NCBI RefSeq assembly: GCF_963506605.1
Contig: NC_083282.1
Coordinates: 50,406,001 to 50,470,000, forward strand
DNA from: Zootoca vivipara
Taxonomy: Eukaryota
DNA: 64,000 bases
Direction of reading: 5' to 3'
Numbering within the stretch: position 1 is the stretch's first letter; every line of letters begins with the position of its first letter. The notes under the pieces are model-generated. The model worked only from the letters and a program-made list of their open reading frames with translations. It was not told where the DNA came from and did not search any database. Of this stretch, positions 50,506-63,320 are shown piece after piece. The translations under genes and the position numbers were made by a program.

Positions 50506-52716
50506 GTAAGAATATTTTTTAGTTAAATTTTTGATAAGCTTTATTTTAATATGATGGGTTTTTTTTTGTTTTTTTTTACTGTGTTGACTTTTGGATGTAA
50601 AACGTTAACATTGCAGTAATGCTTTACAATATGTATTTTTCTGAAGGAGATCACCGTGCAAACAAATGTTTAGCATCATTTGTAATTTTTAAAATGATTT
50701 TTCTTTAAAATGTGATAAATTTGAAAGATACTTTTAAAAACAAGTATCCTGTACTGAAAGTCACAAGATAGCTCAGGGAAAGGGCAAAGTCTTCCTGTTG
50801 TTAGAGCTTTCCAAGATGGTTTCAAAAACCATAAAGAGATATTCTGTTCATTCCTAGATAGTGATGATAAGGGCGAGAAAGCTACCTCTTTTAACATGTC
50901 AAAGCACAAATCCATAGCAAAATCAGAAACAATGAAGACAGCTACAAACTGTATGTTATTCACATGTCTGTCCTGTTCACATATATTAGCCTGGTTTAGA
51001 TATAATGGGAAACCAGTTGCTCACCACATGAGTGAGCCCACATGAACCTCAGGCTCACATGGTCTGCTGGTCATAAGGTTAGTACCTCTTTCTACAATCT
51101 CTTCAGCCTGGGCATAAAGAGGAACTGCGGCTTGTTTAAAAATGGAAGCTTCCAATCTCCTTGTGGCCACGGGAGAGAGATGCATAGAAACTCGAGACTC
51201 GTACTCTTTCATGGAGTAGGAAATCATGGTTTCCCATTATGTCGGAAACAGGCCAAAGTATGTGGAAGTCTTGGCATGAAAATGGGTGCATGGATCAGGA
51301 AATATGACTCCCCCCCCTTTTTTACCTCCCTGCACTCCATCAGTCCAGGCACTTTTCTCCTAGCCGAGTTTATGGAGCAGGGAGTACACCACAACTTTAT
51401 TGCAAAGGTGGAGCACAATGAACAAATGAACAAATGTGACTGCCATCATCATGTCTAGCATAGGACACAGGAGCATATTTATAATGAATCAAGCCATTGG
51501 TCCATCCAGCGAAGCATTCTCTATATACTGACTGGCAGCCCTAACCACTCTCCAAGGTTTTAGGCAGGAGAGGTGAGGTAGTGGGGAGGTCAGCATGGTA
51601 CAAATGCACTGGCAGAGCCAATCAGAGGCATTTGGTGGTGTGTTTGCACCGCACTGACCTCTATGCCACTCTACCCCTCAAACACAGATGTTGGAAGGTC
51701 AGGTGCCACCCTCATCCATGCTGTCCACAACTGGATAGGAGTCTTTCCCAGTCCTACCTGCAGATGCTGTTTAACCTTGAATGTTTTGCCTGCAAATCAT
51801 GTGCTCTACCACTGACTTATGATCCTTTCCCAAGTATGGCCCTCAGTGGGCTCTCTTTGGTCAGTGGTACTATAATGAACAGACAAGTTCTGTGAATAAC
51901 AACTAGCTATGCCACCTTAGTTTTATCCTGCAAAAAAGTCACTGGATAGAAACTATAATGCAATAACCTGAAACAGCCATGTGAACAGTGACAATGCTGA
52001 TATGCTTGTACAGTAATCTGTCTTTTCATATATTAGTTTAAAGTTGGTTGTGCACCTATCAGTGATTAACCTTTACTGAATTTTAGGTTTCCCAGTTTGA
52101 AACAACTCCAAGTTGTTCAACACTGAAAAGCCATCTAATATTTGCTAGAGGGTAGCCATGAAAAGATTTCTTAGCAAGGGACAGGAAAGTAAGAAACATC
52201 CGTGCAAATTCAGACTGGAAAACATTCAGATTCCATTGAATTCAGTGGAACATATTCCAAAACAAGCATGCATAGAATTGTAGCCTTACAGTCCAATCCT
52301 ATATATGCCTACTTAGAAGTAAGCCCTACTGAGTTCAATGGAACTTATTCTGAGATAGTGTTTATAGGATTCCAGCCCTAAAGAATTTAGAATAAAGGCA
52401 GATGAGGAGCTGTGGGACAATGACTTGCATGGCTTTGGGGACTGTCAACTTTGCATTGATCAGTCCAATTCTACAAAGAAAATAAGAAATGCAGATGTCA
52501 AACGTCTGAAGTGGTCAGCACTGGTTCAGACCCAGGAATACCATACACTAATTTTGCAAGCAGTTAGATGGCACCAGATAGTTCAACAAGGTTGGACACA
52601 ATCCCTTTGTGATCTTGGTTTCCTCATCTTTAACTAATATATTTGAAATGTTTTCTTGCTTTGTTGTGAATGTGTTTCTGCTTCTCAAGCACAGTACTGG
52701 CTTTTTCACATTTCAG

Positions 52717-53107
52717 TAAGAGAGGAGTGGCAGAATTCCAGTTCTTGCATAATAAAGGAAATCTCCGTGAAGAGTTAAACCGACTGATTTGGCTCCACCA
52801 AGCCATGGGAGGAGTGCACACAGCCGTGGGCAGGGACATCCCGCAAGCACACATTGTATGGACCTCACCAAAGAACCAAGACCTCTCCGATCTCTCTGAT
52901 GGAACTGGCAGAGAAGAGTCTCTAGAAATGATGAAGCAACTGCTGCTGGGATTGCTGGAGAAGGAAGAGCCTTTTGCTGTCCTCAGGAAAACAAATGTGT
53001 TGCAATATCTAAAGAATGTAAAAGGTAATCAGGACCTGCAAGATCTTTCTGACATATTTCAAGGTGGAGATCAAGATGGCAAAAGAAATCCCAGCACCCA
53101 GACATAG
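52717..53107 (+). CDS. PTH4: PTH4/PTH-L mature-peptide exon: KR-GVAEFQFLHNKGNLREELNRLIWLHQAMGGVHTA plus C-terminal extension. Precursor is 159 aa
   Basis: ttttcacatttcag acceptor. Dibasic KR followed by the PTH-family signature V2,E4,Q6,H9,K11,G12,R20,W23,L24,H32,T33,A34 (cf. PTHrP [34 protein letters not shown]). Location in the CDKN1A/SRSF3/STK38 block is the known PTH4 synteny. Confidence 0.88.
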
Positions 53108-53613
53108 ATTTTCTGACTGAACCTATTGCAGTCCATCTGCTACTTGAGATATATACACTGAGGGAGATCAAAAGAAAAGGTGATTAACAAAGAAAATGTG
53201 CATTTGTGCCATTTACTACTCCTTCGCATTGTTGAAAGGCAGCTTCACTAAGGGCCAGAACATTCCCCCCTTATTCCGATTATTATACAGGAATGTGCAG
53301 GGCTTAAAAGTTTCCTTTCTAGATAGCACAAATATTTTATAACTCTTAGCAATATTGCCATGGGCTATATATTATTATTGCTACTTCACTCCTTTGCATT
53401 TGTTGAACAATATTATTGAGGTATCTGTGTATTTGTGCATGCAGGTTCTGCTGGGGTATGTGGAAAGTATTCACTCTTTGTCCCTTATACGCATTTCTTG
53501 CTTCCACCCAGGGGCGTAGCCAGGATCAAAATTAGGGGGGGCAAGGGGCAAGGGGCGGGGCCAAGGCACGGGAGGGGAGGGGCCACAGTGGGGCAAGGAA
53601 AGCCATGGTCGTT

Positions 53614-53845
53614 CAGGGGCGAGGGGGCGCCAGGATCAGCCCGAAATCGGGCTGCTCCGACCCCCTCCTCCACCTCTGCGACCGGCAGGGGTGAGGGGGC
53701 GCCAGGATCAGCCTGAAATCAGGCTGCTCCGACCCCCTCCTTCCCCTCCTCAACCGGCAGGGGCGAGGGGGCGCCAGGATCACCCCAAAATCGGGCTGCT
53801 CTGACCCCCTCCCCCCCTCGAACGGCAGGGGTGAGGGGGCGCCAG
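53614..53845 (+). repeat. GC-rich ~72-bp tandem repeat (about 3.3 units) inside a MITE-like insertion starting ~53509
   Basis: Units start at 53614, 53686, 53758 and 53826 (caggggYgagggggcgccag...). Confidence 0.8.
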
Positions 53846-54231
53846 AGGGGGCGCAAAGTGTTTGGCTGGCTTTCCCTCTACCCGCCCCACAGCCAGCAAG
53901 GGAGAAGGGAGACGTCCCTTCTAGCTGGCTGGCTGTGGGGCGGGTGGAGGGAAAGCCCCAGAGCTGCGCAAATATACATATTTTTAAATGTAAAAACATT
54001 CTGCTGCAACTCTGAAGATGTGGATAGATCTTTATTTCGGCTATAAGCCCACAGAAATAAACATAAAAATACTGAAGTTGTGGAATTGGAAGCAACTGGT
54101 TGCAAGTAACTGGTTAGCTGCGTGAACAAAATATTTTAGATACTACATACCTCTGGAAGAAGTATGCTGAGGGTTCCCACTTTCCAGAGGGATGAAAAGG
54201 TTTTGTCAGAAGAGGTTCAAAGTCTATTGGA

Positions 54232-54366
54232 CTCAGTCCGGAGGGCCTCAGACTCTTAATCTCAGGGTCATGGGTTCAAGCCCCACATTGGGCAAAATAT
54301 TCCTGCATTGCAGGGGGTTAGATTAGATGACCCTCGCGGTCTCTTTCAACTCTACAATTCTATGAT
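54232..54366 (+). mobile_element. tRNA-Lys-derived SINE with a CR1-like tail
   Basis: GACTCTTAATCTCAGGGTCATGGGTTCAAGCCCC followed by ...TAGATGACCC...ATTCTATGAT. Confidence 0.75.
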
Positions 54367-56679
54367 AGATAAGAGGTGCAGATTGCATTAAAAGTGGGTT
54401 AAATACAGCTCCCTGAGGAGTCTCTAGTCTAAACACAACCCTGCATCCAGGTTTCTCCTAATCCTAGGAAAGTGGGTAATTATAGGGGTCAACTTTCACT
54501 TAAAGAGACAGTGCTGTTAAGTCACTCTACCTGAATACAATACAGAAACCATATTACACAGATGGTGAATGTAACAATTTAAAATGGGCTCATACTGATG
54601 CACAATATGAAGCTCTGTTGTACACCACTGACATTCAGTGTATAATCAACGATTGGCCATGAGCAGGTCGCAGACTGGTTAGATTTTGGTTGTCTAAGCA
54701 CCAGATACTAAACCACCTTGCAGATTTTGTTTGGGGGGACTCTGCCTGAGCGTCTTATTACTTAATGTGGGACAAGTTTGTTTTTTCTAGCTTGCTTGTT
54801 TTTTTCTTTTGCAAATACATTTGTATTTTATATCTCAATTTTCCCCTGGAAAATCTCTGACGGCTATCATAAGTAGAGGCTGGATCTGGCCTTCACATCC
54901 CATTTTTGTCATGAGCAAGGAGACTGGTTTCTTAGTTTCTAATGCCATATTTCAGATCTAAACTAGTTTGGGGAAACATATACAAAATTCTGAATGCAAA
55001 ATTCTAAATACAATTATTAGCAAATAAGCCCCGTTGAACACAGTGTGACTTATTCCCAAGTCAAAAAGTGCAGGGCTGAGATGTTATACAAAGCCACCTT
55101 TGTACATTCCAAAGGAGTAATAAATGGCAAGAACACATTTTGCCCTTCATATTTAATAATAATATGTTAAACAATATGTACAAATGCTAAAATACATATG
55201 TAGTATTGCTATAGCTTTGTTAATCGGTTCACTGAAAACATTCAAGGTTTCAGTTACTTTAAATATAACGCTTAAGCTGTATTAATCCTTTGATAATGAT
55301 GAAATGTTGATAGATCATATTTTACAGTGATCCATTTTAAACAAACTGTCCATCCTCAGTGTTATGGAACACATTAAGATATATGTTTTTTGCATGGAAT
55401 TTATCAAAATGGTGTATATCATTAATGCTGGAAATCTAAATAAAATAAAGCAAGATTATATTTTGCTAATAGCTTACGCATTTTTGAAGAAAATGGAAAA
55501 GTTTTTAAATGCCATTAAAATGAAAAAACACTGGATAGCTATGTTGGCAGCAACAGGGACTTCCACAGCTATGTACAATTTGCTGTCACTGTTCATCTGA
55601 GTTATAATATCAACCTGTAAGTGGATTTAAAAGTAGAATTGGAATTTTCATCTGAGGCTATATACAGTACATATTAGCAGCTTAAAACACAGCAAATTTG
55701 TTCTCCGCATTCCCCTTCAAGTCACATTTACACATTTACACCCAAGAAGCGGCAGGGGTGTCTTCACGCTATGCATATTACAGTACCTGTTTGGTTTCCC
55801 ATGCCTTCAGCTTCCTGCAACTGCTATTCTTGAAGCCTCAAATACACACCTCAGCTGAACCATAAAGTGATGGTTGCTTGTTTCAAAATTTAGTCTTTAG
55901 AGCATCAACTTCCTCAATTCATGGATATTAACGAGTAGGGACCAGAGGTTCTTCATAGGGTTAGTAGACACAGAGTAGGGCTTATGATATGTATCAAGTC
56001 TTCTATTACAGTAGTTGCATAAATCCATTGTCTAGAGTTCTTCCCTCAAGTGCCTGTCTCAGAAGATAGATCATCAGGACAAAAAGAGAGCTGAAGTAAA
56101 CTATTGCCCTTTGTTCTTCTGGAAATGGGTTTTAAAGAACTGCATGTTTTTTAAAAATTCAACAGAGGTGGCCAAGCTAGCCTCTTGCAGGAAAAACCAA
56201 GTCTTTGGGCACTTTACGTACAGTTTTGTTTTGGCATAGGCGTCTGACAAAGTAGGCTAAAGTCCACAAGAGTGCATGCCGGATAAACCTGGCATATGGC
56301 GTTTTTACAGTGCCACAATACAAGCAATTAAAGCAAACGTTTTTGGTGCGATCTGATAAAACTAGTGAGCATCACTATTTCCCCATTTGTGCAGTTCCAA
56401 TGTCTGGAAAAGCAGAGAAAAGCCAAATGCAAGAACTGTACTGTGCAATGATCAGGAACAAGGCAGGTTCCTGTCTCTTGAAAAGACAGCATAAGAACTC
56501 TCGGATCTTTTGAAATTACTGTAATACTGTACAATCTTTATGTGGATTTGGGATTGTGGAAAAACACCCTGAGGAACCAACGAGCCTTCCTGACTTGCTT
56601 TCCATATATGAAAGCGTCGATTCATCCCTAACTGGGAGCTCTGTGGGTGGAGTGTCCTTGAACAGATATTTTCCTTCTA

Positions 56680-57500
56680 AATAAACGTGCGTGAGCCCAG
56701 GCTCGACGGTGACAGTCCAGAACACCCGCGCAGTGCGATTCTAAGCGCGGAATCCAAAGTACTTCTGAGCAAAACTGTTAAAAAACCGCAACCCTCCCCT
56801 TAACTTGGGAGCAAACGCCCTCGTGCCGCGTTGACTTCCGCGTAAGCAAGCGGAGGGCGAGTCGGAGGAGGAGGCCGCTTTGCGCCGCCCGGGAAACAGT
56901 TGCCAACTTCCTCATACGCCGAAGGAGCAGCTCGCAGCAGCCACGAACTTCGCGGCCCGCTCGCCGAGGCGCTAGAGCGGCAGGCGGCGCATGCGCAGCG
57001 CCGGAGGCTAGGCAAAAGTGCGGCGGCCCCGCCTCCTCGGGCTGCGGGCGGGGAACGGGTCCATCAGGCGAGCCTCGCCCCTTGAAGAGGGCGGCGCCGC
57101 GGCCGGGAGAGAGAAAGAGCTCTTCTGCGCATGCGGGCTGTGCCAGAGTTTCCAGTCGGCGCTTGTCCGGTCGCGGGCTCCAGCTTTCCTTTGGGGTTGG
57201 GGGGGACTGAGCGGGGAGCAAGGGGCGGGGCTCGGCCTCTGGGAACTGTTTCTCCCAGTCTCTCTGCGGTGTTTGTCGGCTGGGAAGGCATTGGACGGCG
57301 GGGGCTCCTCGGCGCCGCTCCCAGAAGGGGGTCTGGTGGTAAGCGTCTCTTCCTCCGGTTTTTGCTCTTAATCTCCCCCCAAAAAAAGTTATTTCCCCCC
57401 CCCCCTCAGGCTGAGCTGCCTCCCAGGGCGCCATCCTGTCCCGCCCCCTCTTGCCAGGTAGGTACTTTTGTACGTAGCATCCACAGAGGGGAGGGGAGAC
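56680..57500 (+). promoter_or_regulatory. STK38 CpG-island promoter and non-coding first exon(s)
   Basis: CpG-rich. NRF1-type GCGCATGCGC at 56988-56997 and TGCGCATGCG at 57126-57135, GC boxes, candidate donors GTAAGC at 57339 and CAG|GTAGGT at 57458. Confidence 0.75.
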
Positions 57501-57516
57501 GCCTCAAGTTGCCCCG

Positions 57517-57575
57517 TCCTCCTCCTCCTCCTCCTCCTCCTCCTCCTCCTCCTCCTCCTCCTCCTCCTTCCTCCT
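57517..57575 (+). repeat. (CCT)n microsatellite at the 5' end of STK38 intron 1
   Basis: Seen directly. Confidence 0.95.
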
Positions 57576-59562
57576 CTTGAGTCTCCTGCCTCCCCCCCCC
57601 AAAAAAACCATCTTCTTCTTGACCACATAGATTCCTGCCTGCTAGGTTTTTAGCGTGACGCCTGACTCTGCCTTTCCTTCCTCTGTTTACACCTGCTCGC
57701 CTCTTCCCCCTCGCAAACTTCTGTGGAAAATGGACCTCGTGCTCGTTTTTCCTTCTTCATCTTCTCCTTGTCGTTTCTGCTGGCGAGTGAGGCTTTTGCT
57801 GACTTACTTGAGGAGAGGGAATTGCTCCCGGGTAAATGTGACTAGGAGTGTAGCAGCTCCTTATAGTTAAGTCTCCTGGGATTCTAGTCATTGTATAAGC
57901 CCTACATGTAAAAAGCACATTTCTTGCCCCTTCCTGCCCCCCAAGCGCTGGGAACTGTATTTTGTTAAGGGTACTGGGAATTTGCAGCTTTAGGAGGGGT
58001 AAGTTGCTGTTGCCAGGATTCTTTGGGGGGAAATGTGCGTTGAATGCATAGGGGAAGACTTCGCTTTGAATTCTAGTAGGCCCCACCTGTGTTGTACATT
58101 TAAAGCTGTACCGTGCCACTTAAAAACATCCGTGGATCTCCCCCAAAAGCATTCTGGCAATTGTGGTTTGTTAAGCATGGTCAGAGTTGTTAGAATACCC
58201 CTATTCCCTGCACAAAGCTACAATTCCCAGAGATCCTGAGAACTGTAGCTCCTTGAGAGGAACAGGGGTCTTCCTAACAACCCTTAACACCCATAACAAA
58301 TTTTGTGGGAAGCCAGGGCTGTGTCATGCGGCATGATCCTGTAACTGGCATGATAGGCTAGGTACACTGCAGATGGGCCATAGTGACACTCTGGTCCTTG
58401 GGGATGATGATAATTTTTTAAATGGGAAATTTCAACTGGCAAAAAGGAGTTGCAGTTGCCTAGTATCACGAAGAGAGATAATTTATATTATGTACAGCTT
58501 TTCTTGGAAGGGAGTGCACCATAAAATGATTGCATTCAAAGAGCCATGCGAGCAAAATACTCACTTTAATTAGTTTAAAGAATTATTTTATATAACCTTT
58601 GGTTAGTTTGGTGAGAAGTTCTGATGAAATTGGGAAGGTTTTAAAAGCAGTTGCAATTGTTAACAACTAAAGCAAGCGTGCAAGAGCTAATTGGTTCTAG
58701 GTCAGCTAGTTACACTGTGAAGAAAATAGGAACAGAAACTTTTGTTTCTCCTGTCATACAAGGAAAAATACTGCTTGGAGGTAAGCCCCATTGAAATCAC
58801 TGGGACTTATCTCCAAGTAAATTTGAGCTGAAAATTCCTGATTAGAATCTTAGTTGGAAGGATTAAAAACCATCTAGTCCACTTCTACTTAGGTATATTA
58901 TCAGCTACTGTAGTTATCTGTGATAACTAGGTGGCAATCCATTTTGTGCTTAGAAACCTCCAACAGTTCTTTGCCTTGTGTTGCAGCCTGTTCCACTGTC
59001 CAGCAGTTCATATGGTCAGGACAATCCTTCTTTCCAAAGTGTAATCAATATTCCCTTTCCCTGACTCTACAGCAACAGAAACAAATTTGCTCAGTCTTTG
59101 TGGACAGCCCTGCAGATATTGTCTCTTACTCAATAGAAGCAAGTTCCAAGGAAATAAATGTGGCTTGTGCTGTGTTTGTAAATACTTTTACATGGAAATA
59201 CGTACTATGATTGGTTTAAGACATGTTGGTAGAATTTTAATTGACGAGATGAAAGTAATAAGAGACTTAACATTTTTAATGCAACCTGAAAATGTCATTC
59301 AGAGACATAATAGTTATCATATTTCTTTCCTCCTTGTTCATAAATTATGTAGAAAAACAGGAAGTCTGACTTGTACAATTATTTTGCAACATTGTGGCAT
59401 TTTACATTTGTAGCTTCCAGTTTGGGCATATTGTGTTTTGCAAAGCTTTTGTTCATTTTAAAACTGGCTCCTTTATTTAAATTTAAGCCATCATGTAGTG
59501 TAGTTTTCTTGCTTCAAGGTTTAGGATCACATATATTTTCTAATTTTTCTCTTCCAGGAACC

Positions 59563-59693
59563 ATGGCGATGACTGGCCCAGCACCTTGTTCATCTATGAG
59601 CAACCACACCAAGGAGCGAGTTACAATGACAAAGGTGACATTAGAAAACTTCTACAGTAATCTGATTGCGCAGCATGAGGAACGAGAAATGAG
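59563..59693 (+). CDS. STK38: STK38 (NDR1) first coding exon (131 nt)
   Basis: MAMTGPAPCSSMSNHTKERVTMTKVTLENFYSNLIAQHEEREM, ACCATGG Kozak, AG|GTAAAT donor. Confidence 0.96.
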
Positions 59694-61853
59694 GTAAATA
59701 TCCCAGCTGCATGAAAACGGAAGTAATGCTATTTTCCTTATACTGTATCAAGATTTAAGAAACAATGGATGCCACAAATACACTGATCATCTTATCCTGC
59801 TAGAAGTTTTGATAACACTTTTAAGTCCTCAAAAAGCCTTTAATAAAATACTTCAGATCATATATTTCAGTGCCCATGCTATCCTCTTGTTGTGCATTTC
59901 AAGAAAGGCATATGTTGCAGATGCTTGATGAAAACTAGTAGCAGCATTTTCCTGGACTGAAAGTTGTTTTTCTCTCTCTAGTGTTAGGTTTTATTTTTAT
60001 TTCAGTGTGTCCAGTATAAACAGTTTTTATTGCGAAATGCGCTTGGCTCTACTGTGTACTATAATCAAAAGCAGCCTCTCAAAACACATTTTACTCCCTC
60101 CTGGATTTCATTCCCTTCTAAGTATTGTATTTTATATTTATCTGTAAAATATATTAACTACTTCCTGCTACAAGTAGTGGTCAAATGTGCTCAGTAATAT
60201 ATATATATTAATATATATATATATATTAATGCATAAAAACATTGTTCCAATTTAGCTTTCCCTTATTTGAAATATTTAACAAACACCCCTCTCTTCATTC
60301 TGTTGAATGCCAGTTGGAACATAGGTCCTTGAAGGTGAAGCCACCGCTGAAAAACGCACCTCTCTAGTGGTTACCCGTTTCCCTTCACTTGGTGGGGAAA
60401 CTACACCAGCGTCTCTCTAGATGTTGTAGTTGAAAGCTTATTAGCTTATCAATGAGAAGATCAGTTATAGAAATAGTTTTTCACTGCTGCCAGTCTTTTC
60501 CTATGACATCCAGCCATGTGAAATCTTTGTTAGGATATGCTGCCAGTTCACATGGAATAACATTCCTGCATTGCAGTGGGTTGTACTAGATGACCCTTGG
60601 GTTCCCTTCCAACTCTACAATTCTATAGTTCTAACCGTGAGGTACATTTGATTGTGTGTGCTTGACTGGTACCCTGGAACAGTGTTTCCTTTCCCCCACC
60701 CCGGATTCTATTGGGGGACCACTTCAGGTTTGCTGATGATCTTGAGGGGGGGGGGGGTGCTTCATGTTTTCCCCCTCTGTTGTATAATTTGTAATGTGCT
60801 GTGCTAGATGCTGTCTTTTTATTGGTTTTTTATTTCTTGTATTTTTTTGTATTACAATTTGCATTCTATGGAATTCAAATTATAATACAGTAAAATATAA
60901 TAAAAGAAGCAGCAATACAATACAGTTTAAAATCAACATACAGTAATAATTTAACGTGGACATGCTGAAGACCACCTGCATGAAGCTCACAGGAACCCTT
61001 GCCTCAGAATTCTATTGTAAGGAGTTTCAGTTCTTTTGAAATACATTGTCTTTGAGCAATTTCCTTGAAAGGCCTTACTAAAATGCATCAGATCTACTCC
61101 CTTCTATATCCTCCTTAAATTTATCCAGCTTTTTATTTGCACATACAGAATAACTAAAGGTTTATTAAGCTGACAGGTTGGTTGGAATTGAAGAGACTGA
61201 TCATTTTCATAGAAATGGAAGTAGTTTATAGTCTAAGAAGCTCTCTATAGTGTTTAAAATGTCATTTTATATGTTTAATGAAATTCCTATGCTTATTTTC
61301 TTCTATAATTCTGTGAGGTTAATGCAGAAATGAAGTCTTTCCCACTTTTTACGTTCTACTGCTCCACCCAGTGACAAATGCAGTTGTGTTGTGCACTATG
61401 GATTGGGTATTAGATTGGCTGCGATGATGTGGCCTCTGTTTTTGCCAGCTATCTCCTGTGAGCCCTTTCCCACCACAGACGCACCTTGACCTGGCAGTAA
61501 GGTATTTGATGGTTGATCTAAATCAGGTCTTGATACCTTCCAGAAGTTGCTCACCCTGCAATCAGTTTGTACGTCCTTTTTATTATAAATGATTAAACTC
61601 TGCTCTTGTTTTGTGCCCCTTTTCTTTACAAAAGACTTAATTTGTATGATGCAAATGCACGATAAGAGCAAATTTCCTGTTCATTTTGCAGAAGTTGAAG
61701 CAGAAGCAGGGTGTTTATCTTGATTGCTGTGTGCATTAAGAAATGAAGCCTTGGAATTCAGTGTTCCAATTCCTGGCAGCTCTATTCTGTGCTGAAGTTG
61801 TATGCATGAACTTATGGAGACCTCATTCAAAAACTTTATTCTTTTTTTTCCAG

Positions 61854-61905
61854 ACAGAAGAAGCTAGAAAAGGTTATGGAAGAAGAAGGCTTAAAAGATG
61901 AAGAG
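61854..61905 (+). CDS. STK38: STK38 coding exon 2 (52 nt): QKKLEKVMEEEGLKDEE
   Basis: ttttccag acceptor, GAG|GTATT donor, in frame with both flanking exons. Confidence 0.95.
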
Positions 61906-62255
61906 GTATTACATATGCTGAAACTGGCTTTCTTGGTGCTTGTTTCCCATCACCCCTAAATTATTACTATTATTATAAATGATTTAAAGTTATTACCTGC
62001 CCTTCATGCTAAGGTCACAGGACGGATTACAACAATTTAAAATACAACATTAAAAATAGTTTAGAAACATACAATTTTGGAATGCAGCCACAAAAAGAAG
62101 GGAGAGTCCTAAAAATATGCACCTTAGGTGTCAAAGACCAGAGTAAAGATAACAAGCTTTTGCTGTGAATGATTCTGGTTTAGCTGTTGATTTTTTTATT
62201 TTTTTAAAAAATAAGAAATGACATTAACCTTTCCCCTCCATTTTTGAACAACTAG

Positions 62256-63320
<1,065 letters not shown>

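Noticed and set aside
51042-51458. 138-aa ORF within PTH4 intron 2
   Set aside because: No recognisable homology or convincing splice framework. Likely chance.
52670-52716. N-terminus of the track ORF 52670..53107
   Set aside because: Non-ATG start within the intron's pyrimidine tract. The true exon begins at 52717.
52717-53107. Assignment to PTH or PTHLH instead of PTH4
   Set aside because: No PTHrP basic NLS or osteostatin region, and PTH and PTHLH sit in other syntenic blocks. The neighbourhood and the WL...GVHTA motif fit PTH4/PTH-L.
53614-53845. Regularly spaced repeats resembling a CRISPR array
   Set aside because: Eukaryotic DNA. The whole unit is repeated with no unique spacers, so it is a minisatellite.
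56778-57653. ORFs with poly-Pro, poly-Arg or poly-Leu
   Set aside because: Translations of the STK38 CpG island and the (CCT)n microsatellite.
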